The notes beneath the pieces are model-generated. The model did not search any database and was not told the DNA's origin. It saw only the letters and a program-made list of their open reading frames with translations. Position numbers and translations under genes: made by a program. Positions 53,770-62,366 of a stretch of 64,000 nucleotides of DNA are shown piece by piece (positions within the stretch are counted from its first letter, which is position 1; each line of letters begins with the position of its first letter). Source of the stretch: a virus (lineage: Duplodnaviria > Heunggongvirae > Uroviricota > Caudoviricetes); the IMG/VR virus record IMGVR_UViG_3300031576_000015, positions 29,996 through 93,995 of that record; one strand, written 5' to 3'.

Positions 53770-54546
53770 ATGCGGAGTTACTGGTCAGGAACCTTGACCA
53801 TCGGATTGCTGTCGATACCCGTAAAACTCTACGGGGCGGTGAAGAGCCACGACAGTTCGTTCAAGAGGGTTCACAAAAACTGCATGAGCCCAGTGAAACA
53901 GGTGAACCGGTGCCCGGAGTGTGAACGGGATGTTCTCCACACAGAACTGACACGGGGTCATGAGTTCACCAAAGGTCGTTTCGTAGAGGTAACGGACACC
54001 GACCTGGATAACCTCCCCCTCCCATCGGCAGGGACTATTCTGCTCGATGGCTTTGCTCCCTCCGGCATATTGCCGGACATGCGCCGGGAGAAGTCAGTCT
54101 ACTTGGGACCGGACAAGGGCGGCGGCAAGGCATATGCCGTGCTGGCAAGGGCCATGCGGGACCAGGGCGTATCGGCTGTGGGCAAGGTGGCTATCAGGGA
54201 CCGTGAGCACCTGGTGGCTATCGAGTCGCCCGACGGACGGGCACTGACGCTCACCCAAGTCTACTACGCCGATGAAGTGGCGCCGGCTTCCGAGATCCCA
54301 GACCTACCGGACACTGACGCCGCCTCCCCCAAGGAGGTTGACATGGCAAAGCAAGTCATCGGCATCCTGCCCTTGGATGGGGCACTGGATAACTACACCG
54401 ACGGGGCACAGGAAGCCCTGGGCAAGATTCTGGAAGCCAAGGCTACCGGCCAGCCCTTGCCAGAGGTCAGGGTTCGCCCAGCCACCGCACCGGACGATCT
54501 GCTCACAGCCTTGAAGAAGACACTGGAGGCCAAGAGGGGGGCATAG
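53770..54546 (+). CDS. ku: Ku (NHEJ DNA end-binding protein)
   Basis: Canonical bacterial Ku N-terminus 'MRSYWSGTLTIGLLSIPVKLY'; the listed ORF start at 53662 is an upstream extension. Confidence 0.8.
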   Translation: MRSYWSGTLTIGLLSIPVKLYGAVKSHDSSFKRVHKNCMSPVKQVNRCPECERDVLHTELTRGHEFTKGRFVEVTDTDLDNLPLPSAGTILLDGFAPSGILPDMRREKSVYLGPDKGGGKAYAVLARAMRDQGVSAVGKVAIRDREHLVAIESPDGRALTLTQVYYADEVAPASEIPDLPDTDAASPKEVDMAKQVIGILPLDGALDNYTDGAQEALGKILEAKATGQPLPEVRVRPATAPDDLLTALKKTLEAKRGA

Positions 54547-54549
54547 GCC

Positions 54550-54738
54550 ATGCATGAGTTCTGGCACTTGCTGACGGATCCTGCCCACTGGGGCCTGGAG
54601 ATTGTGGCCAATCTAGTCATCGACGGCTTACTCCTGGCCCTGCTCTGGCCCCGACTCCGCTCGAGCGTCTTTCGGCATTTGCATCGTTACATTCAGGACG
54701 CCAAAGAGGGTCGGCCTCTTGACAAGGAGGGAGGATAA
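54550..54738 (+). CDS. small membrane protein
   Basis: 62-aa ORF with a hydrophobic helix. Confidence 0.35.
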   Translation: MHEFWHLLTDPAHWGLEIVANLVIDGLLLALLWPRLRSSVFRHLHRYIQDAKEGRPLDKEGG

Positions 54739-55037
54739 TGATTCCGTTTGTGACATGGCAGTGGGAAGTTGAATGGTACCTAAGTGTTACAATCCTCCTC
54801 TGGGCCACCGCGTTTATCTTTGCGGGATACCGGGGCTTCGATGAAGTTATTGAAGGCGTCTCAGCGGACACGAACGTCGCCGTAGTCTTCTTCGTGCCAC
54901 TATTCTGGCCAGTGATACTTGGCATCGCTGGCCTTATTGTGCCATTCTATTGCTTATGGTGGTTGGGCCGTTGGGTACGCCGTAAGATAGAGTTCTGGCC
55001 CAAGGTCATACGCCGGCTTGGGGGTGACAGATCATGA
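54738..55037 (+). CDS. membrane protein
   Basis: 99-aa ORF with three TM helices. Confidence 0.4.
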   Translation: MIPFVTWQWEVEWYLSVTILLWATAFIFAGYRGFDEVIEGVSADTNVAVVFFVPLFWPVILGIAGLIVPFYCLWWLGRWVRRKIEFWPKVIRRLGGDRS

Positions 55038-55939
55038 GAGCACCACTCATCGCAATCCTGAAGGTCGCCATGAAGTCGAAGAATAGAAAGACGGGTGAGG
55101 TAGTGGCTACCTACCGCACACAGGACTCCTGCCCACTCTCCTGCCCATTCCTCAAGAACGGGTGCTACGCCGAGCATGGGTTCCCGTCATCCTTTGACAT
55201 CGCCGAGAAGTGGGGCAAGACGGAGGTGGAGACTGTTCAGGAAATCATCGACGCCGCGCCTTTTGGCGGGCTCGTCCGACATCATGTTTCTGGAGATATT
55301 GGGCGGCTCGCCGCAGCCACACTGGGTCATCCCGGGTATTCCCCAGGGCAAGATTACAGCGCCAACAAAGAAGACCCCGGGCAGCGCAGTCCTTCTTCTG
55401 GCACAGTGCACAACACCCACGGACTTGCGCCTCATACCACTCCTCCGACAGACCATACTTCCATTTCAAGTCAGCACGCCGACGTGCCTGCCGCCATTTC
55501 TGTCCTCGACGATACCGAGATATTGCTTCGCGGTCGTACACGGGACACCTCCATCGATTGGACTTACCTAGACCTACTCAAGAGTATAGCACAGAAGCGA
55601 CCGGACCTCAAGCATATCCTTTACACACATTACTGGAGGGAAGTCACTCCAGACCAGTTCGCCTGGCCCGTGAACGCATCCTGTGAAACGGAAGGGGAGA
55701 TTCAGGAGGCCCTGGATCGTGGGTTTGAGGCAGTTGTCACAGTGGGCCATCCAACAGATCCGCTAGTGGGTAAGGTAATCGGCGGGAAGAAGGTCATCAT
55801 CTGCCCGGAGGAGACACATGAGAACGTTACCTGCGCCTCCTGCAAACTCTGCGCCCGGAACCGAAAGTCCATCGTCGCCTTCGTCGCCCATGGGGCTGGA
55901 CAGAGGAAAGTCAGAGCCGCGCTCAATGCTAAGCGGTGA
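55034..55939 (+). CDS. Gp37/Gp68-like (DUF5131) protein with a low-complexity central insert
   Basis: N-terminal 'SCPLSCPFLKNGCYA'; central Pro/Ser/Thr-rich ~80 aa exactly where an antisense EndoVII-like ORF lies. Confidence 0.4.
   Translation: MRAPLIAILKVAMKSKNRKTGEVVATYRTQDSCPLSCPFLKNGCYAEHGFPSSFDIAEKWGKTEVETVQEIIDAAPFGGLVRHHVSGDIGRLAAATLGHPGYSPGQDYSANKEDPGQRSPSSGTVHNTHGLAPHTTPPTDHTSISSQHADVPAAISVLDDTEILLRGRTRDTSIDWTYLDLLKSIAQKRPDLKHILYTHYWREVTPDQFAWPVNASCETEGEIQEALDRGFEAVVTVGHPTDPLVGKVIGGKKVIICPEETHENVTCASCKLCARNRKSIVAFVAHGAGQRKVRAALNAKR
55245..55541 (-). CDS. endonuclease VII-like (HNH-related) protein, antisense within 55034-55939
   Basis: 'KYGLSEEWYEAQVRGCCALC...RGLLCWRCNLALG' matches the Endonuclease_7 family; DHDH segment absent. 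Confidence 0.5.
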   Translation of the reverse strand: MYDREAISRYRRGQKWRQARRRADLKWKYGLSEEWYEAQVRGCCALCQKKDCAARGLLCWRCNLALGNTRDDPVWLRRAAQYLQKHDVGRARQKARRR

Positions 55940-55952
55940 CCTGGAATTCCAG

Positions 55953-56129
55953 ATGTTGGGCACAAGCATAGCCATCATCGAAGACGGCATGGCATACCCG
56001 TTCAGGTGGACGAACGGTGCGGATATTATCCACATCTTGGAGGAGTTCCGTAGTTCTCCCACTACTTTTACGTTACCGTGGGCAAAGGTTCTCGTACAGT
56101 GGCGGGGTCCGTCTCGCCCCCGCTCCTAA
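55953..56129 (+). CDS. hypothetical small protein
   Basis: First Met after the upstream stop, within listed ORF 55818-56129. Confidence 0.3.
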   Translation: MLGTSIAIIEDGMAYPFRWTNGADIIHILEEFRSSPTTFTLPWAKVLVQWRGPSRPRS

Positions 56130-56149
56130 CAGGAAGGGGATACCGACAT

Positions 56150-56584
56150 ATGAACGCAGAGAACGAAAGGAAACTGTATGCCAACTTCCCGTTCTACACC
56201 CGTCCCGGCTGGAAAGAAGGACTCATGGTCTTCGGATTCGAGTGTGGCGACGGCTGGTTCCCAATCCTGTGGGATTTGAGCCGGGACATTGAGAGCATCC
56301 TACAACGAGGGCCGGAGGAACTACGAGAGCGATTTCAGGTAGTGCAGGTGAAGGAGAAATACGGTACCCTCCGGGTCTACACCAAGTGGTCCACAGAAGA
56401 GATAGAGGACTGTATTGACAGAGCCGAAGCCAGGTCGGCAAAAACCTGCGAGATGTGTAGCCGGCCCGGGGAGACCACTACTAGCAACGGTGGGTGGGTA
56501 CGGACCGAATGCGACGAATGCCGCTACCATCGGTGGAACAAGAACGGAGCGATCAAACTGGAGCCTCTCGATGAGAACCCCTAA
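56150..56584 (+). CDS. hypothetical Cys-rich protein
   Basis: ATG at 56150 with GGAAGGGGA RBS; 'CEMCS...CDECRYH'. Confidence 0.4.
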   Translation: MNAENERKLYANFPFYTRPGWKEGLMVFGFECGDGWFPILWDLSRDIESILQRGPEELRERFQVVQVKEKYGTLRVYTKWSTEEIEDCIDRAEARSAKTCEMCSRPGETTTSNGGWVRTECDECRYHRWNKNGAIKLEPLDENP

Positions 56585-56676
56585 GCCAGCAGTAATTGAC
56601 AACTCCCAAATCGGGGTGGTCATCATAGCCCTACTCATTTTGTACCTACACGCGATGTCCAGAGGAGGGTGGAGAG

Positions 56677-57129
56677 ATGACTGATGCAACACGCCTGGCA
56701 CTCATGATTGGGGCCGGGCAAATCCTGATGTACATACTCCTGAGTCTGCCTGGCATCCTGCGACGGGAGAAGCCGGAGCCCATCGCTGCCAGCCCGGCAT
56801 GGGGTATAGTCATCGGACCCAGTTTAGAGGAACTCCTCTTTCGCGGGATCCCACTGTTCCTCTACATCCGATGGCCCACCTTGGGATTACTGGCTGCCGG
56901 GGTATCTCTGTTTCTCTTCGTTGTGGGCCATATTTACCAATGGAAGTCGGGTGACATGGCTACAAACGTGGTGAACCTGCTCTGGAAGTTGATTGTGGGG
57001 GGCTGCTGGATGTGGGTAACGTTGGCCAGCGGGTCTATCGCCTGGGCTATCCTGCTCCATGCTTTCAACAATACTGCCGGATATGCCATCTGGTATATCA
57101 TGAGGAGACGCCACGATGTCGGAGTATAA
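56677..57129 (+). CDS. CPBP (CAAX-protease/Abi-like) intramembrane metalloprotease
   Basis: 'EELLFRG' motif 1, 'FVVGH' motif 2, 'HAFNN' motif 3, and TM helices. Confidence 0.6.
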   Translation: MTDATRLALMIGAGQILMYILLSLPGILRREKPEPIAASPAWGIVIGPSLEELLFRGIPLFLYIRWPTLGLLAAGVSLFLFVVGHIYQWKSGDMATNVVNLLWKLIVGGCWMWVTLASGSIAWAILLHAFNNTAGYAIWYIMRRRHDVGV

Positions 57130-57412
57130 CGACAGGAAACTAGCAGACCAGTGGCGGGAGTTTCCCGAGTCGTGGAAGGGTGCAGCCTTTGAGAAGGTAC
57201 TGGACGACGTACGCCGCAAGGACCGACGCCGAAAATGGGGCCTCCCGGAGGGGAAACCTGGGTGTAACGATGAAGGCAAGTTATGTGATGAGGGCCTGCG
57301 CCTGCTAATGGAAATCGTCGGGGCTTATGCCCGCAAGGAGGACATAACAGCCACTGTGGACCGCTATCTGGAGCACATCACCCTAGAGAGGACGGTGCGC
57401 CGGCTACGATGA
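57116..57412 (+). CDS. hypothetical protein
   Basis: 98-aa ORF. Confidence 0.4.
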   Translation: MSEYNDRKLADQWREFPESWKGAAFEKVLDDVRRKDRRRKWGLPEGKPGCNDEGKLCDEGLRLLMEIVGAYARKEDITATVDRYLEHITLERTVRRLR

Positions 57413-57576
57413 GTGACCCGTACAACAATCCAGAAGCCCTGGGACTGGATGACGTCATCCGATACATGGAGGGGATTTACGAACTATGGGCAATACGAGC
57501 AAGGGGGGAGGACAAAAGTGGGACCGAAGAGAAAGCAAACGCCGCCGAAAGCGGGAGCACTACCCCGGCAATCTAG
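57409..57576 (+). CDS. small acidic protein (55 aa)
   Basis: ATGA-coupled start at 57409; MSDPYNNPEALGLDDVIRYMEGIYELWAIRARG...; competes with the frames of listed ORFs 57413-57775 and 57486-58043. Confidence 0.35.
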   Translation: MSDPYNNPEALGLDDVIRYMEGIYELWAIRARGEDKSGTEEKANAAESGSTTPAI

Positions 57577-57746
57577 CGGCGTCTCTAAGAAAGGTAGGAC
57601 CAGCACGCCTGAAGAACAGGGCCGTGAAGGCATTGTCAAAGAAGAGGCCGAAAAGGGCCTCCGGGCACCAGGGGCAACCCTCTCCTGGGTACTGCCCGAC
57701 GTACGGACTGCGGACACCTGTGGACGCAGAGAGCGGGGCCTACAAA

Positions 57747-58043
57747 ATGCGGACGGTGCGGCCACCTATACTTGACATGGTTGGACCACCCTTTGAATAT
57801 GAGGTAACTATCAAACAAACATGGGCAGGTTTCCGGGTCTGCCTACGGGTGCCTTGGGTGGTACCGTGGTCTTTGTGGAAGAACTACCACCACGGTTGGA
57901 GTGAAGAGTCCCTGGACATCAGGGGCCTGTTCGACCTGAACGAAGGACTGGTCCGGCTACGGCGCTACCTGGACCCGAATCCGAATACCGCCGCCCGAAT
58001 CCGAATACCGCCGCCCGTTGGGATGAAAGCGTGGCCCAAATAA
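57747..58043 (+). CDS. hypothetical protein whose C-terminal tail is altered by a 20-nt tandem duplication
   Basis: Protein-like sequence starts at M88 of listed ORF 57486-58043. Confidence 0.35.
   Translation: MRTVRPPILDMVGPPFEYEVTIKQTWAGFRVCLRVPWVVPWSLWKNYHHGWSEESLDIRGLFDLNEGLVRLRRYLDPNPNTAARIRIPPPVGMKAWPK
57975..58014 (+). repeat. perfect 20-nt tandem duplication (ccgaatccgaataccgccgc x2)
   Basis: Direct read; not a multiple of 3, so it shifts the frame ('DPNPNTAA' then 'RIRIPPP'). Confidence 0.8.
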
Positions 58044-58049
58044 CGGAAC

Positions 58050-58095
58050 CAGGGGCCGGCCCCGACGGATGGCCGGGCTACTCGGCCCCGGGGTA
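58050..58095. terminator. bidirectional hairpin cluster between convergent transcription units
   Basis: GGGGCCGGCCCC palindrome and CCGGGCTACTCGGCCCCGG hairpin in the 120-nt convergent gap. Confidence 0.45.
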
Positions 58096-58163
58096 TTATC
58101 GGAGTATCCATATGACGATCGTACGCGGCTATTATTAGAAACATTTCCGTCTAAGCCGCGTCC

Positions 58164-59471
58164 CTAGTAGTCATCGTCATAATACCCTTCGAACGAATCC
58201 CCGAACTTCTGGAATCCTACAGTCCGCCGCTTCTCCATCCCAACCTGCGCCGCTTTGATAATCTCCTTCAGTTCCGCCACACCTACCTTTATGTTCCCTT
58301 GTGTAACCCGGCTCATGTGCCGGCGGAGAACCTCCGTCGCCACAAAGCGTAACTGGGCATACGACAGAGCAGAATCCCCGCAGGCCTTGATCAATGATTG
58401 GGGTGGTTTCAGGCCAGACGGGGAGAAGTAACCCTTAAATGCGGCCTGGGCCATCTCCGTCGACGGCACCTCGAAAGACCAAACCTCATCAAATCGGCCG
58501 GGTCGTTTGAAGGCAGGATCCAGTTGGTCCATAAAGTTCGTTGTGGCAATGATGACAACCTGATTCAAGGGTACCACTGCCCCATCCATTATATCTAACA
58601 GAGCCTGCACCGTTGGGTTATCGATGAGCGTCTCACGGCTACGCGCCAGGAGCTCGATGTCCTCGAGCACCAAGACCAGAGGGGAATACTTATGAAGGAA
58701 TGAGAAAACAGCCCTGATGGCCCCATGACGAGAAAAGAACTGGTCAGCCGAAAGATGGGCCACTGTGACCTTGCCAGCAAAGTGCCTGATAAGGGTCTTG
58801 ATGAGGTAGGTCTTACCAGTGCCAGTGCCACCATGCAGGAGGAGCCCAAGCTTGGGTGCGATCCCCACCTTCTGGAACTCCTCGGCCCTGTCGAAGAACG
58901 GCAGGACCACCTGCTCTACTCGGTCAGCAAGGTCGGGGTCCACCGTCTCCCGTACCTCAGCCCATTCCGGGCCCAGAGCCGTAATCTCCGCAGCCTTCAG
59001 GATCTTCACCTCGTCGTGTACAACCAGGACCTTGTTCTTGAACTGCCGATCCACCATCCGTGTGAAGACTCGCATGACAGTCTGGGATGTAATCTCATCC
59101 TTTGCTATGATCTCATAGGACAGACCCTGTTCACCTCCTCGCTCATCAATGTTGAAGATGTAGTTCCCATCCCCACTGAGCCAACGCCCGTCGGAATAGA
59201 AAGACTCAGCCCCAATACCCTTACGGGATGGAAGCCGAGTCACAAGAAAAGGCTTATAATCATACCGTTTCAGAAACCCACGAACAGCGTGGTCCACCAC
59301 CGGGGCCAATCTCAGTGGATAGTGCACTCGTTCCTCATGCGGCACAGCCCCAAAACGCTCATGGAAGTACGTGAGCTGGACACGATAGACGGATGCCTGG
59401 ATGTCTTCCGCGCCTACGAGTTCCGGAAGGAGTTTCTCAAACTCCTCGTTATCGAGGAAGAACCGACCCAT
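58164..59471 (-). CDS. AAA+ ATPase (classic AAA clade)
   Basis: 435-aa ORF; Walker A 'GGTGTGKT', Walker B 'LVLEDIE'; N-terminal substrate-domain-like region. Confidence 0.7.
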   Translation of the reverse strand: MGRFFLDNEEFEKLLPELVGAEDIQASVYRVQLTYFHERFGAVPHEERVHYPLRLAPVVDHAVRGFLKRYDYKPFLVTRLPSRKGIGAESFYSDGRWLSGDGNYIFNIDERGGEQGLSYEIIAKDEITSQTVMRVFTRMVDRQFKNKVLVVHDEVKILKAAEITALGPEWAEVRETVDPDLADRVEQVVLPFFDRAEEFQKVGIAPKLGLLLHGGTGTGKTYLIKTLIRHFAGKVTVAHLSADQFFSRHGAIRAVFSFLHKYSPLVLVLEDIELLARSRETLIDNPTVQALLDIMDGAVVPLNQVVIIATTNFMDQLDPAFKRPGRFDEVWSFEVPSTEMAQAAFKGYFSPSGLKPPQSLIKACGDSALSYAQLRFVATEVLRRHMSRVTQGNIKVGVAELKEIIKAAQVGMEKRRTVGFQKFGDSFEGYYDDDY

Positions 59472-60081
59472 TTGGTCTCCCTATCGAATGGGGGCATTTC
59501 TGATTCTGCAACGGTATCGCGTAGACGTGTTCACCATCGTACGCGCTTATCGACGCAATCGCCATTCCCCTGTAGATCACTGGTCCTCCTGACATGCCAT
59601 CCGCTCGGCCCCTAAACGTCAGCATTACCACCGGGCCAATAAATACAGGTGGCTGCCGATTAAACGTCACATACCGAACATATCCGTGTACAAACGCCGT
59701 CCGCTCGACCAGCACGTATGCGTTTCCGGCCATGCGCCATCCTAGCAAGGACACTTTATCGCCGAGAAACGGAGGCGCGCCAATCCCATAGCCTCTCAAG
59801 GGTACATCGCTCTCAATCGTCACACTATCCGTTTCGCTATCACTACATACCACCTGCGCCACACTCATCTGTCCCGGCCAGCCAACCGTTTGCAGCACTC
59901 TCGTATTAAATACATGATGCGCCGTCCTCACTATTCCATTCGCGCGAAAGGCTGACCCGGTGAATCCCCGATCAGTCCATACCATCGCTACACGATCATC
60001 GAACGGTTGAGGAGCAGCCGTCACCCAGACCGCCCCATGCGTTACCGCAAGGAGCAGCAGGACCCAAGCAACGTATGTCAC
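59449..60081 (-). CDS. secreted trypsin-like (S1) serine protease
   Basis: Signal peptide; catalytic triad contexts 'TAHHV', 'DSVTIESD', 'GMSGGPV'. Confidence 0.6.
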   Translation of the reverse strand: MTYVAWVLLLLAVTHGAVWVTAAPQPFDDRVAMVWTDRGFTGSAFRANGIVRTAHHVFNTRVLQTVGWPGQMSVAQVVCSDSETDSVTIESDVPLRGYGIGAPPFLGDKVSLLGWRMAGNAYVLVERTAFVHGYVRYVTFNRQPPVFIGPVVMLTFRGRADGMSGGPVIYRGMAIASISAYDGEHVYAIPLQNQKCPHSIGRPNGSVLPR

Positions 60082-60086
60082 GGCTT

Positions 60087-60545
60087 TTACGGCTTTTTAT
60101 TTGCAAGATAGTGCATGAGTGCGTCACACGGATGTCCACCGAACACATCGTCAAACACGACACCTACGATATCGGCGTACCCGTTCAGATCAAGGTCCAT
60201 CAGCAGACGATCAACCGTATCGTAATCCGGCGCACGCCAGTACACGGCCATGAATGGCTTCTTCTCAGGCTTCAGAAAGTACAGTGCAGTATCAGCCGCC
60301 GGAATCCCTTTTACACCATCACCGCGCGTATTGTAAAATTTCACCGTGTACGAAACGGCAAATGCGCACTCACGCTCGAGCTCGCCAACAAGCACGGAAC
60401 GCGATATATCCGGCATTCTTTCCCGTAGCGGAACCGACGCCGGAGCCGCATATACAGGTAAAATCACCGGCGCGAAGACCTCCAGGGGCGATATCAACCC
60501 GCCACACAGCATCGCGATTACTGTAAAGATGGCTACACGCTTCAT
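60087..60545 (-). CDS. secreted hypothetical protein
   Basis: 152-aa ORF with an N-terminal signal peptide. Confidence 0.4.
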   Translation of the reverse strand: MKRVAIFTVIAMLCGGLISPLEVFAPVILPVYAAPASVPLRERMPDISRSVLVGELERECAFAVSYTVKFYNTRGDGVKGIPAADTALYFLKPEKKPFMAVYWRAPDYDTVDRLLMDLDLNGYADIVGVVFDDVFGGHPCDALMHYLANKKP

Positions 60546-60561
60546 GACGACATGCTGCCTC

Positions 60562-60849
60562 CTATTGACGCCGGGCTATCACTAAACCCGGCGTTTCTAC
60601 TAGCGGCCGTTCTTGCACCCGAACCATGGGCTTACGACATTCTGGGTTAGGGCACAGCATTGGCGTGAACACGAGGGGCGTAGGCACTTCAGTGAGCTCT
60701 CCTCGCAGGGTGATGCGGAGGAGCGGAACCACAGTGACTAGGCACTTATCGCCGAAGTCGAGTCCACAAGCCGTGCAATGTGCCCCAGATAGGGCCTTGC
60801 CAAGATCTACCATGTGGCCTCCCATAGAATGTAGGGTGGCCAGAACCAA
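60562..60849 (-). CDS. zinc-ribbon hypothetical protein
   Basis: 95-aa ORF with CTACG...CPNPEC. Confidence 0.35.
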   Translation of the reverse strand: MVLATLHSMGGHMVDLGKALSGAHCTACGLDFGDKCLVTVVPLLRITLRGELTEVPTPLVFTPMLCPNPECRKPMVRVQERPLVETPGLVIARRQ

Positions 60850-60925
60850 ATACTAACGGTCCAGCGCCCAATCTTACGTACTAAATCTGGCTCTTTGGCC
60901 CGAGATCCCATGGACTATTCTCCGA

Positions 60926-61207
60926 CTACCGAATACGTGTAGACACCTCTTGTGTCGCGGACAACTCTCCACCAGTCAATTCTTCTAGCCGGTCAGCCAA
61001 CTCTCCCGCAAGGCTACCTGCAACGTGCAGGGCATCATACAGATCGATGAACAATGCATTATGGGACGGCATGGCTTCTGATGCACTAGGACGAGACCCT
61101 AAAACACGGTCTACCACTGTTGCTATCCTGTTCAAGGCCTTATTGATCTCACGAACACGCCCGTCCACACGACTGAACCACGGTTCTTGTTCTGGCACTT
61201 CCATCAT
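60926..61207 (-). CDS. hypothetical protein
   Basis: 93-aa ORF. Confidence 0.35.
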   Translation of the reverse strand: MMEVPEQEPWFSRVDGRVREINKALNRIATVVDRVLGSRPSASEAMPSHNALFIDLYDALHVAGSLAGELADRLEELTGGELSATQEVSTRIR

Positions 61208-61212
61208 CCTCC

Positions 61213-61875
61213 CTAGATTGATCTACGTACGACTGACTTCATATAGGGTTCTAGGCGCACATGCACTTTTTCAAGAACACGTACATCCTCAATGTTGTGG
61301 TGCAAGATGTAGCTAAGCGCCTCTTTATCACCCAGTGAAGCCTTCACCCACACCTCGCCCCGTAGAGGAGTCTTGCCTTCGATACCGAGAAACTCGGCCA
61401 CGGCCTGCAACCGATTCGAATGCATCTTCATCCGGCCTCGGGCGACGTAATACAAATCAACGTGGATTGCCATGCCATAGCCGGGGAATGGCAACCTATG
61501 GTACATGCACCTGGTACGCAGGAACTTCACATCAAACCCCGTGCCATAGTATGTGATCCAGCAGTTGAAGGGTTTGACATCCTCAAGGAATTGCTCCAAC
61601 AGTTCCTTCTCGCCAGCCAGAGATCGTTGCTTGATGGCCCGAGCGATAACCCGGGTTTGGCCCTGCGGCTTCAGTGCATACGAATGGAGCTGGCCGAAGC
61701 TAGCATCCAGATTCGAAGTCTCGATATCCAAATATGCAGGCGTCAGGTCATCCTCGATGACCACTGGGTGGCGCCATCGACAACGAAACTCACCCTCCTG
61801 TACGACGTGACGGTAACTACATCTCTTGGAAACCTTCACTTCTGTGATCGGTAGCTTGCGTCGGGGCTTTGCCAT
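61213..61875 (-). CDS. DEDD-family 3'-5' exonuclease (PolB-exo/RNase H-like fold)
   Basis: Exo I 'YLDIETSNL', Exo II 'YYGTGFDVKFL', Exo III 'HHNIEDV'. Confidence 0.65.
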   Translation of the reverse strand: MAKPRRKLPITEVKVSKRCSYRHVVQEGEFRCRWRHPVVIEDDLTPAYLDIETSNLDASFGQLHSYALKPQGQTRVIARAIKQRSLAGEKELLEQFLEDVKPFNCWITYYGTGFDVKFLRTRCMYHRLPFPGYGMAIHVDLYYVARGRMKMHSNRLQAVAEFLGIEGKTPLRGEVWVKASLGDKEALSYILHHNIEDVRVLEKVHVRLEPYMKSVVRRSI

Positions 61876-61883
61876 TAGTCCTC

Positions 61884-62360
61884 CTATGGTTTTGCCCGTA
61901 TGATACGCCGCACCCGACGGGCATCTATGTGAAGATGGGCGGCTACTTCCTTGATCGGATAGCCTTCCCCATACAGCCCTATTACCTTTTCCACGAACTC
62001 GCCATCGCGCCGCTTCTGCAGCAGGGATCGCATCTGTTGGGCCGTGTAAGTCATGAAGCCGGCCCGGCGTATAGCCAAGGCAATGGCCCCTCGATCATGG
62101 CTGGTCGCTTTGGCTAGTTCCCGCAGACTCTTGTGCTCATGCTGGTGCGCCCTAACCAGGTCCTTCACCTCTTGCTTGGTGACCTGAAGATGGCGACCCG
62201 GTGGTCTACGGTCTATATCGCGGGAGGCCAGCCACTTACGTAGACCCGAGTAAGAGACACTGGTAGTGTGGGCCGCCTGCCGCAGGGATGCCCCCTTTTG
62301 GTAGAGTGCCCCAGCCCGCTCCATACGGGTCTGCTTCTCTAGGCTCGGATCGAACTTCAT
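61884..62360 (-). CDS. tandem helix-turn-helix DNA-binding protein
   Basis: 158-aa ORF with two HTH-like segments (ASLRQAAHTTSVSYSGLRKW; SLRELAKATSHDRGAI). Confidence 0.45.
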   Translation of the reverse strand: MKFDPSLEKQTRMERAGALYQKGASLRQAAHTTSVSYSGLRKWLASRDIDRRPPGRHLQVTKQEVKDLVRAHQHEHKSLRELAKATSHDRGAIALAIRRAGFMTYTAQQMRSLLQKRRDGEFVEKVIGLYGEGYPIKEVAAHLHIDARRVRRIIRAKP

Positions 62361-62366
62361 TTGTGA

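Noticed and set aside
57413-57775. Listed 120-aa ORF in a third frame across 57413-57775
   Set aside because: It competes with an ATGA-coupled 55-aa ORF (57409-57576) and the 57747 start. Coding frame here is unresolved and none is called with confidence.
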